Assembly (NCBI GenBank): GCA_965249725.1
Contig: CBDFMQ010000002.1
Location: 64,001-128,000, forward strand
Direction of reading: 5' to 3'
Length of the DNA stretch: 64,000 nucleotides
DNA from: Longimicrobiales bacterium
GTDB lineage: Bacteria > Gemmatimonadota > Gemmatimonadetes > Longimicrobiales > Gaopeijiaceae
Shown in pieces: positions 30,321 to 39,836 of the stretch (its first letter is position 1; each line of letters opens with the position of its first letter). The position numbers and the translations under genes are program-made. The notes below the pieces were generated by a model. That model worked only from the letters and a program-made list of their open reading frames with translations, did no database searches and was not told the origin of the DNA.

Positions 30321-31721
30321 CTACGAGATCGGCCTCTGGACCCCATCGGGACCATTGTCGTAGTCCTGTACACTCGAGCTATTGGGCATGCCCCAGTCCG
30401 CTCCGTTCCAGCCGTCGAATCCGTCCATGCGAATGGCCCAGAAGCCCGTCGTCATGTCACTGATGACGATGAGTCCGTCATGGTTTCGCACGTCCACGCC
30501 CCACGCGCCGTCGTAGATGCCCCAGGTGAAGTTCCCGCCACCGCTGGGGTTCCCCATGCTTCCCGCGTTATGGGGTCCGTCGAATGTGTCGTAGTAACCC
30601 GCCGTATAGGGGTTCGTCGGGTCCATCATGTTGAACACAGAGAGGCCCGTCTCGTAGCCTGAGACGAATACATAAGGCCAGCGCACTTCATGATTGTGGG
30701 CCACGGTTTCCCAGTCGGGGGTCCACGCTCCTATGGCTCGGTTGATGTTGAGCATGTCACCGCGGGCCGCCGCCTGGTTGCCCGGCCCCAGATCGAAGAC
30801 CCGTAGGGGCTGGTACTGCCACTCGGCCTCGCCGATCGCATACCGCCCGTCAGGAGTCGGCGTGAACGTGTGTCCCCAGTTGAACCCCGCCACACCGGTG
30901 ATGGTGAACAGGATCTCGGGATCCTCCGGCCGGGAGATATCCCATACGTAGTAGCCGCCCCCACCCGCGCCGTAGAACCGGTCCTGCTGCGTGGTCGGAT
31001 CGAACATGGCGTACAGGTCGTGGTAACCCGTGGACAGATCTCCCGGGTTCTCCGGAACGCCGATGGTGCCCATGAGTCCCTGATCGTCGGCACCCGCCAC
31101 GAACTCCCCCAGGTCGTACAGCTTTGTACCGCTCGAGGTGGCGAAGAGAATGACCCTGCCGTCCGAGTGCTTATAGATAAAGATGTTATGAAAGCCCCCC
31201 GGAGCATCCGGCACGCTGAAGCGCCGGACTTCACGGACCCGCGAGACGTCGGGAAGGTCGGTCACGTCGAAGACGATACCTGCGATCTCCGAATCGGGAC
31301 CGCCGCTCCTGAACTGTGTGGACTGCAGGTAGTAATAGCGGTCGTCGATCTTGAAGTACTTCCCGTCGACCGCTCCCCTACCCTGATGGAGTGGAGAGTT
31401 TTCGATCCGCCACTCGTAGATGATCTCGGCGTTGTCCGGATCCTCAAGATTGATGATGTCGAAGCCGGTCTCAAAGAGGCGGGAGACGTAGGCGTAAGGG
31501 CGCTCCGGATCCTGCTCGAGCTCGATGTCACCCGTAGTGTATTTTCCGCCGAGCGTCAGGTGAGCAAGGACCTCGACGTTGGTACTCCCCTGGAGCCCCA
31601 AGGGCCTGGGTTGTGTTGCCGACGTCCGACCACCCGACGTTTGAGCGAACGCGCCAACGGCAGAGACGCTCAGCGTCACCAGAACCCACACTCCGATCGA
31701 CCAAGACCGTCTTCCAAACAT
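30321..31721 (-). CDS. secreted His-rich LVIVD-like beta-propeller, paralogue 5
   Basis: Same motif set as paralogue 3, with a signal peptide. Confidence 0.88.
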   Translation of the reverse strand: MFGRRSWSIGVWVLVTLSVSAVGAFAQTSGGRTSATQPRPLGLQGSTNVEVLAHLTLGGKYTTGDIELEQDPERPYAYVSRLFETGFDIINLEDPDNAEIIYEWRIENSPLHQGRGAVDGKYFKIDDRYYYLQSTQFRSGGPDSEIAGIVFDVTDLPDVSRVREVRRFSVPDAPGGFHNIFIYKHSDGRVILFATSSGTKLYDLGEFVAGADDQGLMGTIGVPENPGDLSTGYHDLYAMFDPTTQQDRFYGAGGGGYYVWDISRPEDPEILFTITGVAGFNWGHTFTPTPDGRYAIGEAEWQYQPLRVFDLGPGNQAAARGDMLNINRAIGAWTPDWETVAHNHEVRWPYVFVSGYETGLSVFNMMDPTNPYTAGYYDTFDGPHNAGSMGNPSGGGNFTWGIYDGAWGVDVRNHDGLIVISDMTTGFWAIRMDGFDGWNGADWGMPNSSSVQDYDNGPDGVQRPIS

Positions 31722-31783
31722 TGAACCACCTCCGCCCGATGAGTTTCCCCCTCCAACGCCCCCTCCCTCTGCACCGCGGGGTC

Positions 31784-33163
31784 CTACGAGACGGGCCTCG
31801 GAACGGGACCGTTATCCCAATCCTGGACACTCGAGATGTTGGGCATGCCCCAATCCTCTCCATTCCATCCTTCGAATCCGTCCATCTTCATGATCCACAG
31901 GCCCGTGATGAAGCTACTCACCACGATGGTGCCGTCTGCGTTGCGCACGTCGACGCCCCAGGCCCCCTGGAAGGTCGTGGCCGGATTGACGAGCGTGCCG
32001 TCAGGTCCATCCCAGGTGTCGTAGAATCCGACCGTGTACGGGTTGGTCGGGTCCATCATGTTGAAGACCTGCATCCCGTCGTCCAATGCGGCCACGAACA
32101 CATAAGGCCACCGCACTTCGTGGTTGTGCGAAAAGTTCTTCCAGTTGGCCGTCCAGGCTCCGATGGGTCGCGTGATGGTCGGAACTTCGCCGTCGAGACC
32201 CGGCTTCAGGTCGAAGATGCGCAGAGGCGCCGTCCGATACTCGGTTTCGCCCACGAAGTAACGGCCGTCCGGCGTGGGTGTGATCGTGTGCCCGCTCCGG
32301 ATTCCGGAGATGTTCGTCGCCGACGTAAGGAAGTTCGGGTTGCCCAAATCGGTGATGTCGTAGACGTAGTAACCGCCGCCGCCGGCCCCGTAGAAGCGAT
32401 CCTGTCCGCTCTCGGGGTGGTACCCGACGTAGTAGTCGTGGTAACCCCTCGCCTGCGCGGGGTCCGGATTCGGCACGCGCGCAATGAGCCCGAAGTCCGG
32501 GTCACCGGCCAGGAACTGGTCGAGGTCGTACACGTGTGCCGCAGGCTCAGAGATCGTGGCGAAGAGAAGGTTGCGGCCGTCGGAGTGCTTGTAGGCGAAG
32601 ATGTTGTGGAAGCCGCCCTGCTGAGCGGGACCCTGCATGCGTCCCACCTCTCTCACCTGCGACGGGTCCGGCAGGCCGGTCACGTCGAAGATGATGGCGC
32701 CAAGGTCGGAGTCCGGTCCGCCAGCCCTGAACTGGAAGGACTGGATGTAGTAATAGCGGCCGCCGGACTTGAAGTACTTTCCGTCCAGCGCTCCGGAACC
32801 CTGATGAAGCATGGGGTTGTCCACCACCCACTTGTAGATGACTTCCGCGTTCTCGGGGTCCTCGATACTGATGATCGAGAATCCACTGGGAGCGAAGCGG
32901 CTGGACACGTAGACGTAGGGGCGGTCCATGTCCTGTTCCAGTTCGATGTCTGCGGTCCGCCGTCCGTACGAATCGATTCCCGCAGCGTCCGAGTTGGCCA
33001 AAGGCCTGGCACCACCCAAGGGCACATGGGACAGAACGTGGACGTTTCTGCTGCCCTGCTCGCCCGGAGCATGCTGCGCGTTCGCCGGCGCCGCATACGG
33101 AACCGCGAGCGCCGTTGCGAGAGTCGCGGTCCCGAATCGGGCGCACATGTCTCTCCAACTCAT
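31784..33163 (-). CDS. secreted His-rich LVIVD-like beta-propeller, paralogue 6
   Basis: FHNIFAYKHSDG, GYHD, SGHT, SHNHEVRWPY. Lies directly downstream of susD. Confidence 0.88.
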   Translation of the reverse strand: MSWRDMCARFGTATLATALAVPYAAPANAQHAPGEQGSRNVHVLSHVPLGGARPLANSDAAGIDSYGRRTADIELEQDMDRPYVYVSSRFAPSGFSIISIEDPENAEVIYKWVVDNPMLHQGSGALDGKYFKSGGRYYYIQSFQFRAGGPDSDLGAIIFDVTGLPDPSQVREVGRMQGPAQQGGFHNIFAYKHSDGRNLLFATISEPAAHVYDLDQFLAGDPDFGLIARVPNPDPAQARGYHDYYVGYHPESGQDRFYGAGGGGYYVYDITDLGNPNFLTSATNISGIRSGHTITPTPDGRYFVGETEYRTAPLRIFDLKPGLDGEVPTITRPIGAWTANWKNFSHNHEVRWPYVFVAALDDGMQVFNMMDPTNPYTVGFYDTWDGPDGTLVNPATTFQGAWGVDVRNADGTIVVSSFITGLWIMKMDGFEGWNGEDWGMPNISSVQDWDNGPVPRPVS

Positions 33164-33224
33164 CAGACCACCTCCCTAACAGATTCGTTCGTTCTGACTA
33201 CTGTCTACGTCCCCAGCCGAATGC

Positions 33225-34646
33225 CTACGGGCCTGGGTTCCACCAGACTCGGTCACCCAGGTCCGCTCCGCCCTGACGGCTGATGGCCGTCTGCAAGTTG
33301 GCGCTGTTCAGGGACTGCTCTTCCTCCGAATACTTGAGCCTTCTCGGGATCATGCCTCCCGTCACGTTGTCCGGCCCGGCCACCAGGTTCGGAGACCCAA
33401 ACCGCCGCCAGCTCGAGTACGCCTCGATCCCCTGGCCGAAGAAGCCGATCCACATCTGGAGTCCGATCTGTTCGAGTCCGGTCCCCGCATTGTATGCGAC
33501 CCTGGGATTGGCCAGATACGCGTCGATATCAGCGCTGTCGATGTCGTACCACTCCATGCTGGCCCGGATCGCGTCCTGATAGAGCTGTCCGGCGTTACCG
33601 CTGGTATAGCCCCGGGCGGCGGCCTCGGCCTCCAGGAAGAGGACCTCGGAGTAGGACATGAGCATAGATGGATTGTCCAGATCCCGGACGAAGCGCTCGC
33701 CCACCTTGGACCGTGCCGTGAAGGGAATGCCGTGCCCATCCTTCAACCCGCTCTCGTGACCGAGGAACTCATCCTCATCATTGGGACGAGCGAAGACCGG
33801 CAGGCGGGGGTCAGCGTATGACGCCAGCGTATCAACGATGGTCGCGCTGATCCGGCCTCCGCCCGGCCGCTCGACCTCGCCGGTGAACCACGGGTTGGAG
33901 CTCCCTAGCTCGTTCAGCCAGCGAAAGATGGCCTGATCGTCGTTGCTGCCGAACACCCCGGCACCTATCGCCGCCACGGCTTCCGCCTGGGCCGTCCCGG
34001 GATCGACGTCCGTGAGCCTCATGGCCATCCGGAGCCTCAGCGAGTTCGCGAACATCTTCCAGCGCGCCATGTCTCCCTCGTAGATCAGGTCCGCATCCTC
34101 GAAGTCCGGACCCGAAGTGGTTATGAGGGTGGCGGCAGCCGCGAGATCGTTGAGGAGGCCTTCATAGACCTGTTGCTGCGAATCGTATTGCGGCTGTGTG
34201 TTTTCGTCGCCCTGCAGGGCCTGGGAATACGGAACGTCTCCCCAGAGGTCCGTTACGTTCTGGTATAGCCACGCCTTCATGATCGCACCCACGGCCTGGT
34301 CGTTGGGCCGTCCCGCCTCACCGGACTTCATCTCGATCTCTCCGAAGTCCTGCATGGGACCCGCATAGTAGGCCGTCCACGTGCCGCTGTAGTCGCGCAC
34401 GTCGTAGCGCCCATCCCAGGCGTACTCGATGCGCGAAGTGTGCTGCGCCCACAGGTTGAGGAAGTTGTTGCCCAGGACCTGACTGGCGGCGTCCCTCATG
34501 GCAGATGAGACCAGGAACTCGGCGTTCACGTCTGTGGGTGCATTCGGGTTGGTGTTGATCCCCGCGAAGTCCTCGGTGCAACCCACCAGGATCGCGCCCG
34601 CAAGGGCTACCGCGGCTGGGACCTTGAGAAGTTTGAGCGTCCGCAT
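33225..34646 (-). CDS. susD: SusD/RagB family lipoprotein (island copy)
   Basis: Start MRTLKLLK..LVGC lipobox, INTNPN, TDLWGDVPYSQA, FANSLRLRMAMR, RVWW. Confidence 0.95.
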   Translation of the reverse strand: MRTLKLLKVPAAVALAGAILVGCTEDFAGINTNPNAPTDVNAEFLVSSAMRDAASQVLGNNFLNLWAQHTSRIEYAWDGRYDVRDYSGTWTAYYAGPMQDFGEIEMKSGEAGRPNDQAVGAIMKAWLYQNVTDLWGDVPYSQALQGDENTQPQYDSQQQVYEGLLNDLAAAATLITTSGPDFEDADLIYEGDMARWKMFANSLRLRMAMRLTDVDPGTAQAEAVAAIGAGVFGSNDDQAIFRWLNELGSSNPWFTGEVERPGGGRISATIVDTLASYADPRLPVFARPNDEDEFLGHESGLKDGHGIPFTARSKVGERFVRDLDNPSMLMSYSEVLFLEAEAAARGYTSGNAGQLYQDAIRASMEWYDIDSADIDAYLANPRVAYNAGTGLEQIGLQMWIGFFGQGIEAYSSWRRFGSPNLVAGPDNVTGGMIPRRLKYSEEEQSLNSANLQTAISRQGGADLGDRVWWNPGP

Positions 34647-34717
34647 GATATATCGCTCCTTCAACGTGTCGTCGGAATCGTCGTTTGGTCCTCCACTCTG
34701 TTCCCTCCGCCGCGTAA

Positions 34718-37700
34718 TCACGGCGTTATCGACAGGTTGATCCCGAACGTGCGCCCGGATGGGAGCTGGCCGTATTCGACCCCCTGGAAGTTCGAGTTGT
34801 CGAATCCGGTCTCCGGATCCACGTGAGGTATGTTGCCCTTGAGGAGGATCAGGTTCCTGCCCACGAGCGACATTCTGGCGTTCTCGAACGGAAGCCTGCT
34901 CACCAGACCGGTGGGGAAGTCGAACGACAGCGTCACCTCCCGGAGCTTGATGAAGGTGGCGTCGTAGACGTTCCCCTCCTGCTTGTTCCACTGGGTGTGC
35001 GCGAACCGCTCGGCCGTGACCCAGATGGCGTTCTGAGATCCGTCCTCCCTGACTCCGTCGATGAGCACGCACGGCTCGTCCAGGGCACATGTTCTCTCCG
35101 GCACCGCCCTCACGAGGTCGCCCCTGAAGTCTACGATGGCGCCCTCCCGCCGCCCGATGGCGCTTTCTACATTGACGCCGGAGTACTGGCCCCACTGGTT
35201 CGTGACGGAGAATATCTCGCCGCCCTGCCTCCAGTCGACGAGGAAGCTCAGAGTCAGGTCGCGGTAGGAGATGCTGTTCCGGATACCAGCCAGCCAGTCG
35301 GGCGTGTAGTGGCCCATGATGGATTTGCTGGACTCACCCTGAAGAAGCCCCTGGTCGGAGACCACAACCTGGCCCTGGGAATTCCTCTTGATCTTGAACC
35401 CCACTAGCGCCCCATACGGCTCGCCGGGCCGGGCTTCGACGGTCGTGCGCCAAAACTCGCCGAGGATGATGCTCTCCAGGTCGCCGGTGAGCTCCAAGAC
35501 CTCGCTTTGGTTCTTGGAGAAGTTCGCCGTAACGTCCCACCGCAGCGCGCCGGTGACCGGAGTGGCGCTCAGGACGACTTCAACGCCCTTGTTCGCGATC
35601 TTCCCCGCGTTCAGGACCTGGCTCGTGAATCCGCTGGCAGACGAGACTTGGACGCCCAGGATCTGATCCGTCGTCTCGGTCTGGTAGTACGTCAAGTCGA
35701 GCGCCACTCGGTCGTCGGCCGTTCGCAAGTCCGCTCCCACCTCCCAGGACACGGTGGACTCGGGTCGCAAGCCGCTGTTCGGGATGGTGTTGTTCACACT
35801 GAACCCCGAGCGTGTGCCGAACGGATTGGCGGGCGACAGCACCGAGGCGAGTTGATAAGGCGCAGCGTCGTTGCCGACCTTTGCCCAACTTGCCCGCAGC
35901 TTGCCGTAAGAGAGGAAGCTGCTGAAGGCGTCCGTGACGTCGGTGAACACCAAGCTGGTGGAGACCGAGGGGTAGAAGTAGGAGTTGTTGACCGTGGGAA
36001 GCGTCGACGACCAGTCGTTTCTCCCGGTGACGTCGAGGAACAGGTAATCCCTCCACGAGAACGTCGCGAATCCGTACAGGGAGTTGACCTCCTTTTTCTC
36101 TACCCAATTCCTGATGACCGCCGGCTGCGACACGTTCGAGACGTTGTAGATTCCCGGCACGTTCAGGTTGTTGGACGTCACGACGTCGATGTTCTCGTCG
36201 TTGGTTCGGTGGTTTCCACCCACACGGAATGCGACGTTGAGGTCCGAGGTCAGGTCCTTTTGAGCAGCCACCAGGAAGTCGGTGTTGATCTCCTGCCTGA
36301 AGAGTCCGATGTCGTCGAAGCCGCCGTCGATATCACGGGCGCTCGGCGGACGGGTCTCCTTTCTGTTCTCTTGATACCAATCCGTGCCAGACCGCAGCAT
36401 GACGCTCAGATAATCGTTGATCTGGTAGCTCGCCTCCAGATGGCCCGTTACCCGATCTCTATTGAGGGCGTTGTTCCGGGAGTTGCTCTCCCAATAGGGG
36501 TTGTCATGGTAGTTGTAATTCCAGTTCGCGTACTCCCCCGACTCTACCTGGTCCGGGGCCTGTCCGAACTGCTCGAGGCGATGGGTCGAGACCTGGCGGC
36601 CGAACCAGATGTATCCCTGTAGGGGGTTGTAGCCCTCGTAGCCGACCTCCGGGATGTGCTGCCCTCGGCGAGCCGTGTAGGTGGTGGCTCCGCTCACGAC
36701 AAGCTTGTCGGTCACGTCGGCGCTGGCCGACAGGAAGATGGCGGTCCGGTCGTTGGCGTGCCCCGGCACCATTCCGTTCTGATCCATCCGCGTCAGCGAG
36801 AGCCGGGCGTTCGTCCTGTCGCTCGTCGTTGCGACGCTGAAGTTCGTGTCCCAGGTGGAGGCGGACTTGAAGTAGTCCCTCACGTTGAACGGCTTGGGCG
36901 TGAAGGGCACCGCCGAGCCGTCGGAGTACCACGCCGCCTGGAGCCGTCCGTCCATGGGGGGACCCCAGCTCTCATCTGTTCCGTCGTTCTGTCCACCACC
37001 GAAGCCGTCGACGTACCCGAACAGGCCACTGCTCCCCTGGCCGTACTGATTCTGGTAGGTGGGCATCTTGAGGGGGGTACGCATGGTGAAGTTGGTGCTG
37101 ACCGAGACGTCAACCCTCGGTCCCCCGCCCGCCATAGCACCTTTCCTGGTAGTGATGACCACGGCGCCGTTCGAGGCGCGGGAGCCATAAAGCGCTGCCG
37201 CGTTCGCACCCTTGAGGACCGAGACCGACTCGATGTCCATGGGGTTGAGGTCCTGGACCGCATTCCCGTAGTCCGATCCCTTCGGCTGGGGGGTCGACGG
37301 GTCGGAGCCGCCCCGGCGCGCCCCGCCGCGGAGATAGCCGTCCGAGGAGTTGTCGACTGGGATCCCGTCGATGATGAAGAGCGGTTGGTTCTCTCCCGCG
37401 ATAGAGTTGGCTCCCCGGAGCACGATTCGCGAGGAGCCGCCGACTGGGCCCGTGTTCGTGACCTGCGCTCCGGCGACCTGTCCAGCGATGGCGTTGACGA
37501 TGTTAGACTCGCGAGCCTCGACGAGCTCCTCCCGATCGATCCCCTGTACAGCAAAGCCCAGCGCCCTTTGCTCGCGCGTGATCCCGAGCGCCGTGACGAG
37601 AAGGCCCTCGAGAGCCACGGCCTCCTGGTCCAGGCGGAAGTTCAGCGTTGCTGTACCCCCGGCCGCGACGCCGACCGTCGTAACGAGGGTGCCGTACCCG

Positions 37701-37957
37701 ATCAACTCCACTCGGACCGTGTGGGTGCCCGCCGGGACCAAGTTCATCAGGTACCGGCCCTGGGCATTGGTGAGGGTGCCGAGTTGAACCGACGGAATCG
37801 AGACCTGGACGCCGTTGAGCGGTTCGCTCGTGGCGGCGTCCAGCACCTGGCCGGTGACGGTACCGGTCTGTGCGGTGACCTGCGTCGCTCCCAGCGCAAG
37901 CAAAGCGCTCAATGCCACGCCGACCAGGGCTGGTACTCTGACTCTGTAGTGTCTCAT
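34718..37957 (-). CDS. susC: SusC/RagA family TonB-dependent transporter (island copy)
   Basis: VTALGITRE, NQPLFIIDGIP, VLKGANAAALYGSRA, RNDWSSTLP, FIKLREV. RBS AGGAGG before ATG 37957. Confidence 0.95.
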   Translation of the reverse strand: MRHYRVRVPALVGVALSALLALGATQVTAQTGTVTGQVLDAATSEPLNGVQVSIPSVQLGTLTNAQGRYLMNLVPAGTHTVRVELIGYGTLVTTVGVAAGGTATLNFRLDQEAVALEGLLVTALGITREQRALGFAVQGIDREELVEARESNIVNAIAGQVAGAQVTNTGPVGGSSRIVLRGANSIAGENQPLFIIDGIPVDNSSDGYLRGGARRGGSDPSTPQPKGSDYGNAVQDLNPMDIESVSVLKGANAAALYGSRASNGAVVITTRKGAMAGGGPRVDVSVSTNFTMRTPLKMPTYQNQYGQGSSGLFGYVDGFGGGQNDGTDESWGPPMDGRLQAAWYSDGSAVPFTPKPFNVRDYFKSASTWDTNFSVATTSDRTNARLSLTRMDQNGMVPGHANDRTAIFLSASADVTDKLVVSGATTYTARRGQHIPEVGYEGYNPLQGYIWFGRQVSTHRLEQFGQAPDQVESGEYANWNYNYHDNPYWESNSRNNALNRDRVTGHLEASYQINDYLSVMLRSGTDWYQENRKETRPPSARDIDGGFDDIGLFRQEINTDFLVAAQKDLTSDLNVAFRVGGNHRTNDENIDVVTSNNLNVPGIYNVSNVSQPAVIRNWVEKKEVNSLYGFATFSWRDYLFLDVTGRNDWSSTLPTVNNSYFYPSVSTSLVFTDVTDAFSSFLSYGKLRASWAKVGNDAAPYQLASVLSPANPFGTRSGFSVNNTIPNSGLRPESTVSWEVGADLRTADDRVALDLTYYQTETTDQILGVQVSSASGFTSQVLNAGKIANKGVEVVLSATPVTGALRWDVTANFSKNQSEVLELTGDLESIILGEFWRTTVEARPGEPYGALVGFKIKRNSQGQVVVSDQGLLQGESSKSIMGHYTPDWLAGIRNSISYRDLTLSFLVDWRQGGEIFSVTNQWGQYSGVNVESAIGRREGAIVDFRGDLVRAVPERTCALDEPCVLIDGVREDGSQNAIWVTAERFAHTQWNKQEGNVYDATFIKLREVTLSFDFPTGLVSRLPFENARMSLVGRNLILLKGNIPHVDPETGFDNSNFQGVEYGQLPSGRTFGINLSITP

Positions 37958-38068
37958 AATCTTCCTCCTAAGCGTGGTACGGCTCACAACTTCGGTGTAT
38001 CTGGCGAACGGCGAGGATTGTTGTTCGGCGGCCGTAACATGACCGTATACGAGCCCCCGCGAGTGCCG

Positions 38069-38656
38069 CTACAGGGCCAGCACCCAGCCGATCCCGGCGC
38101 TGATGACGGCGTCCGTCTGCAGCTCCGTGATGGCATGATTCGAGTACATCCAGGCCGCGCCTTGCGCGAAAAACTGGACAGATGATCCGGGTGGTGTGTA
38201 CCGCAAGCCCCCACCCAGCAGCCCTGCGCCCTCGGTTACGTTGTACGCGTAGTCCGGGGCCTTGCGGTCAAGGGCCACGAAGCCCCCGCCGCCGAAAACG
38301 TAGGGGGCCAGCCCAGAATCGAGCGGCAGATTGAGCTCGAGGCTCGTGCCGAAATACAGGCGCTGGAAGTCGACGTCCTCGTTCACGGGCGCGGCCTCGC
38401 GCCCCGAGTTCTTCACCCAGGCGAAGTCGCCGCGGATGGTGACGTTCTCGTACAGCTGTAGCCCGATCCCACCACCGACCTGAATGCCTCCGTCGTAGGA
38501 CACGTCACGGAACACATCGAAGTCTTCAGGAGAATTCAGAAAGCCCGCAGACGCGAACAAAATCAGGGCCGACTCGTCTTCGTCCTGAGCGGTGAGTGGA
38601 GCCGCGGCAAGCACGGCGAGGACTCCAGAGGAGAGAAGCAAACGAGAGAGAGACAT
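38069..38656 (-). CDS. small outer-membrane beta-barrel protein
   Basis: Signal peptide, alternating beta strands, APYVFGGGG, GGGLRY. Confidence 0.75.
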   Translation of the reverse strand: MSLSRLLLSSGVLAVLAAAPLTAQDEDESALILFASAGFLNSPEDFDVFRDVSYDGGIQVGGGIGLQLYENVTIRGDFAWVKNSGREAAPVNEDVDFQRLYFGTSLELNLPLDSGLAPYVFGGGGFVALDRKAPDYAYNVTEGAGLLGGGLRYTPPGSSVQFFAQGAAWMYSNHAITELQTDAVISAGIGWVLAL

Positions 38657-38775
38657 ATCCCGGTCCTCCTTTCGTCGCCCGGAAGTGGAGAGCCGGGCGG
38701 CCGTAAACATCGCAGGAGTCGGCTAGAGGCCGCTGAGGATTGGGATCCTGCGCGTGGGCCGTAAAGACTTGCCAC

Positions 38776-38804
38776 CATATAGCATGCCTGGCGGAGCGCG
38801 TCAA
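38776..38804 (-). promoter_or_regulatory. possible sigma70 promoter for the OMP-susCD-propeller gene run
   Basis: Minus strand TTGACG-17bp-TATATG with extended TGn. Confidence 0.4.
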
Positions 38805-38896
38805 TAGCCTGAAGGTGCGCTCGATCGACCCACTTCCGCTTGACTGCCTCCGACCTGTCAGCTACGTTCGCCCTTGCACACTCAGGCTGGAGTATC

Positions 38897-39283
38897 ATGG
38901 GTCGCGTGGCAACCTTCCTGGTGCTTGTCTTTCTCGGCTCGTCTTGCGCCTCACCCGGCGCCGGTGAGCGGCCTAGTACATCAAGGAACGAGATCGCCCT
39001 CGAGGAGATCAGAACGACGTCGGCGCGGAACGCCTACGAGATCGTGGAGGCGCTTCGGCCTCAGTGGCTGCGAGCCCGTGGGCCAATCGGGCTCACCGAT
39101 CCGACGCCAAGCGTCCCGGACATCTATCTTGACGGTACGCAGTTCGGGAATCTCGAGGCCCTCCGGTCCATCAACGTGAACAACGTCCGGCATGTCTATT
39201 TCTGGGGCCCCGGACCTGCCATGGTGCGCTACGGCGACGGGCATCCCAGGGGAATCATCGAGGTGATCGTCAGCGGCCGCTGA
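38897..39283 (+). CDS. small lipoprotein, standalone TonB plug-like domain
   Basis: Hydrophobic leader ending GSSC, IALEEI..NAYEIVEALRPQWL..IYLDG..RYGDGHPRGIIEV. Confidence 0.75.
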   Translation: MGRVATFLVLVFLGSSCASPGAGERPSTSRNEIALEEIRTTSARNAYEIVEALRPQWLRARGPIGLTDPTPSVPDIYLDGTQFGNLEALRSINVNNVRHVYFWGPGPAMVRYGDGHPRGIIEVIVSGR

Positions 39284-39539
39284 CCGTTGCCGTAGCACGT
39301 ACGTTGAGGTGCCCTAGCACGTCCCTCCCGATGCGTATCTGGTGAGTTTTCGGAAACTCGGATGGTTCGTGCCGGGGTTCATGGACATCGTTGATGCGCA
39401 TGATTTCGAATCCCTTGATGAAGTGCTAGCCTCGCATTTCCTGCTGCACCTTGGCGTCACGCTCGACCGCGATAGATATCGATCTCTCCTATGACGTAGC
39501 CTCGGACGGTCGGTTTCTCATGATTCAGTCGAACTTCGA

Positions 39540-39660
39540 TGACATGGACCTAATCGTGGTCACCAACTTCTTCGAGGAGTTGAAGGAACGGGTGCCGAAT
39601 TGAGCCGTCAGGTCCCTTGGCTGCGCGTCTTCGTGGAAGGCGTGGTGATCGGCAGGGAAG
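39540..39660 (+). pseudogene. gene debris: kinase-like C-terminus and N-terminus of a following membrane protein
   Basis: LIVVTNFFEELKERVPN* followed by MSRQVPWLRVFVEGVVI, cut off at the island arm motif. Confidence 0.5.
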
Positions 39661-39791
39661 GGGTCTCTATGTTTTCTCTCTATGTTCGGATCCATCAAAC
39701 ACGGTGGGAACTGGGAGACACATACCGCAGAATAGCGGCGATTTCCCCAGAACCACGCCAAACGGGTGGAAACAGGGGTCTCTGGGAGACG

Positions 39792-39836
39792 CTTTGCAAG
39801 CCAGAGGTTGCCGGTTCGATCCCGGCTGGCTCCACT
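39792..39836 (+). repeat. att site: second 45-bp copy of the tRNA-Ala 3' half (1 mismatch)
   Basis: CTTTGCAAGCCAGAGGTTGCCGGTTCGATCCCGGCTGGCTCCACT. Confidence 0.97.

Larger units (their letters stand above)
22457..39836. mobile_element. ~17.4 kb genomic island integrated at tRNA-Ala, no integrase of its own
   Basis: Bounded by tRNA-Ala 3' repeats. The same GGGGTCTCTATGTT(T)TCTCTCTATGTT tandem motif lies inside both ends (22515-22540, 39660-39686). Confidence 0.8.

Noticed and set aside
27267..33163. Diversity-generating retroelement TR/VR pairs or assembly duplication
   Set aside because: No reverse transcriptase is present. The paralogues differ along their whole length, including many synonymous changes, not only at adenines.
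22412..39836. Extra tRNA-Ala genes at 22412 and 39792
   Set aside because: Only the 3' half is present, with no 5' acceptor strand or D arm; these are att duplications.
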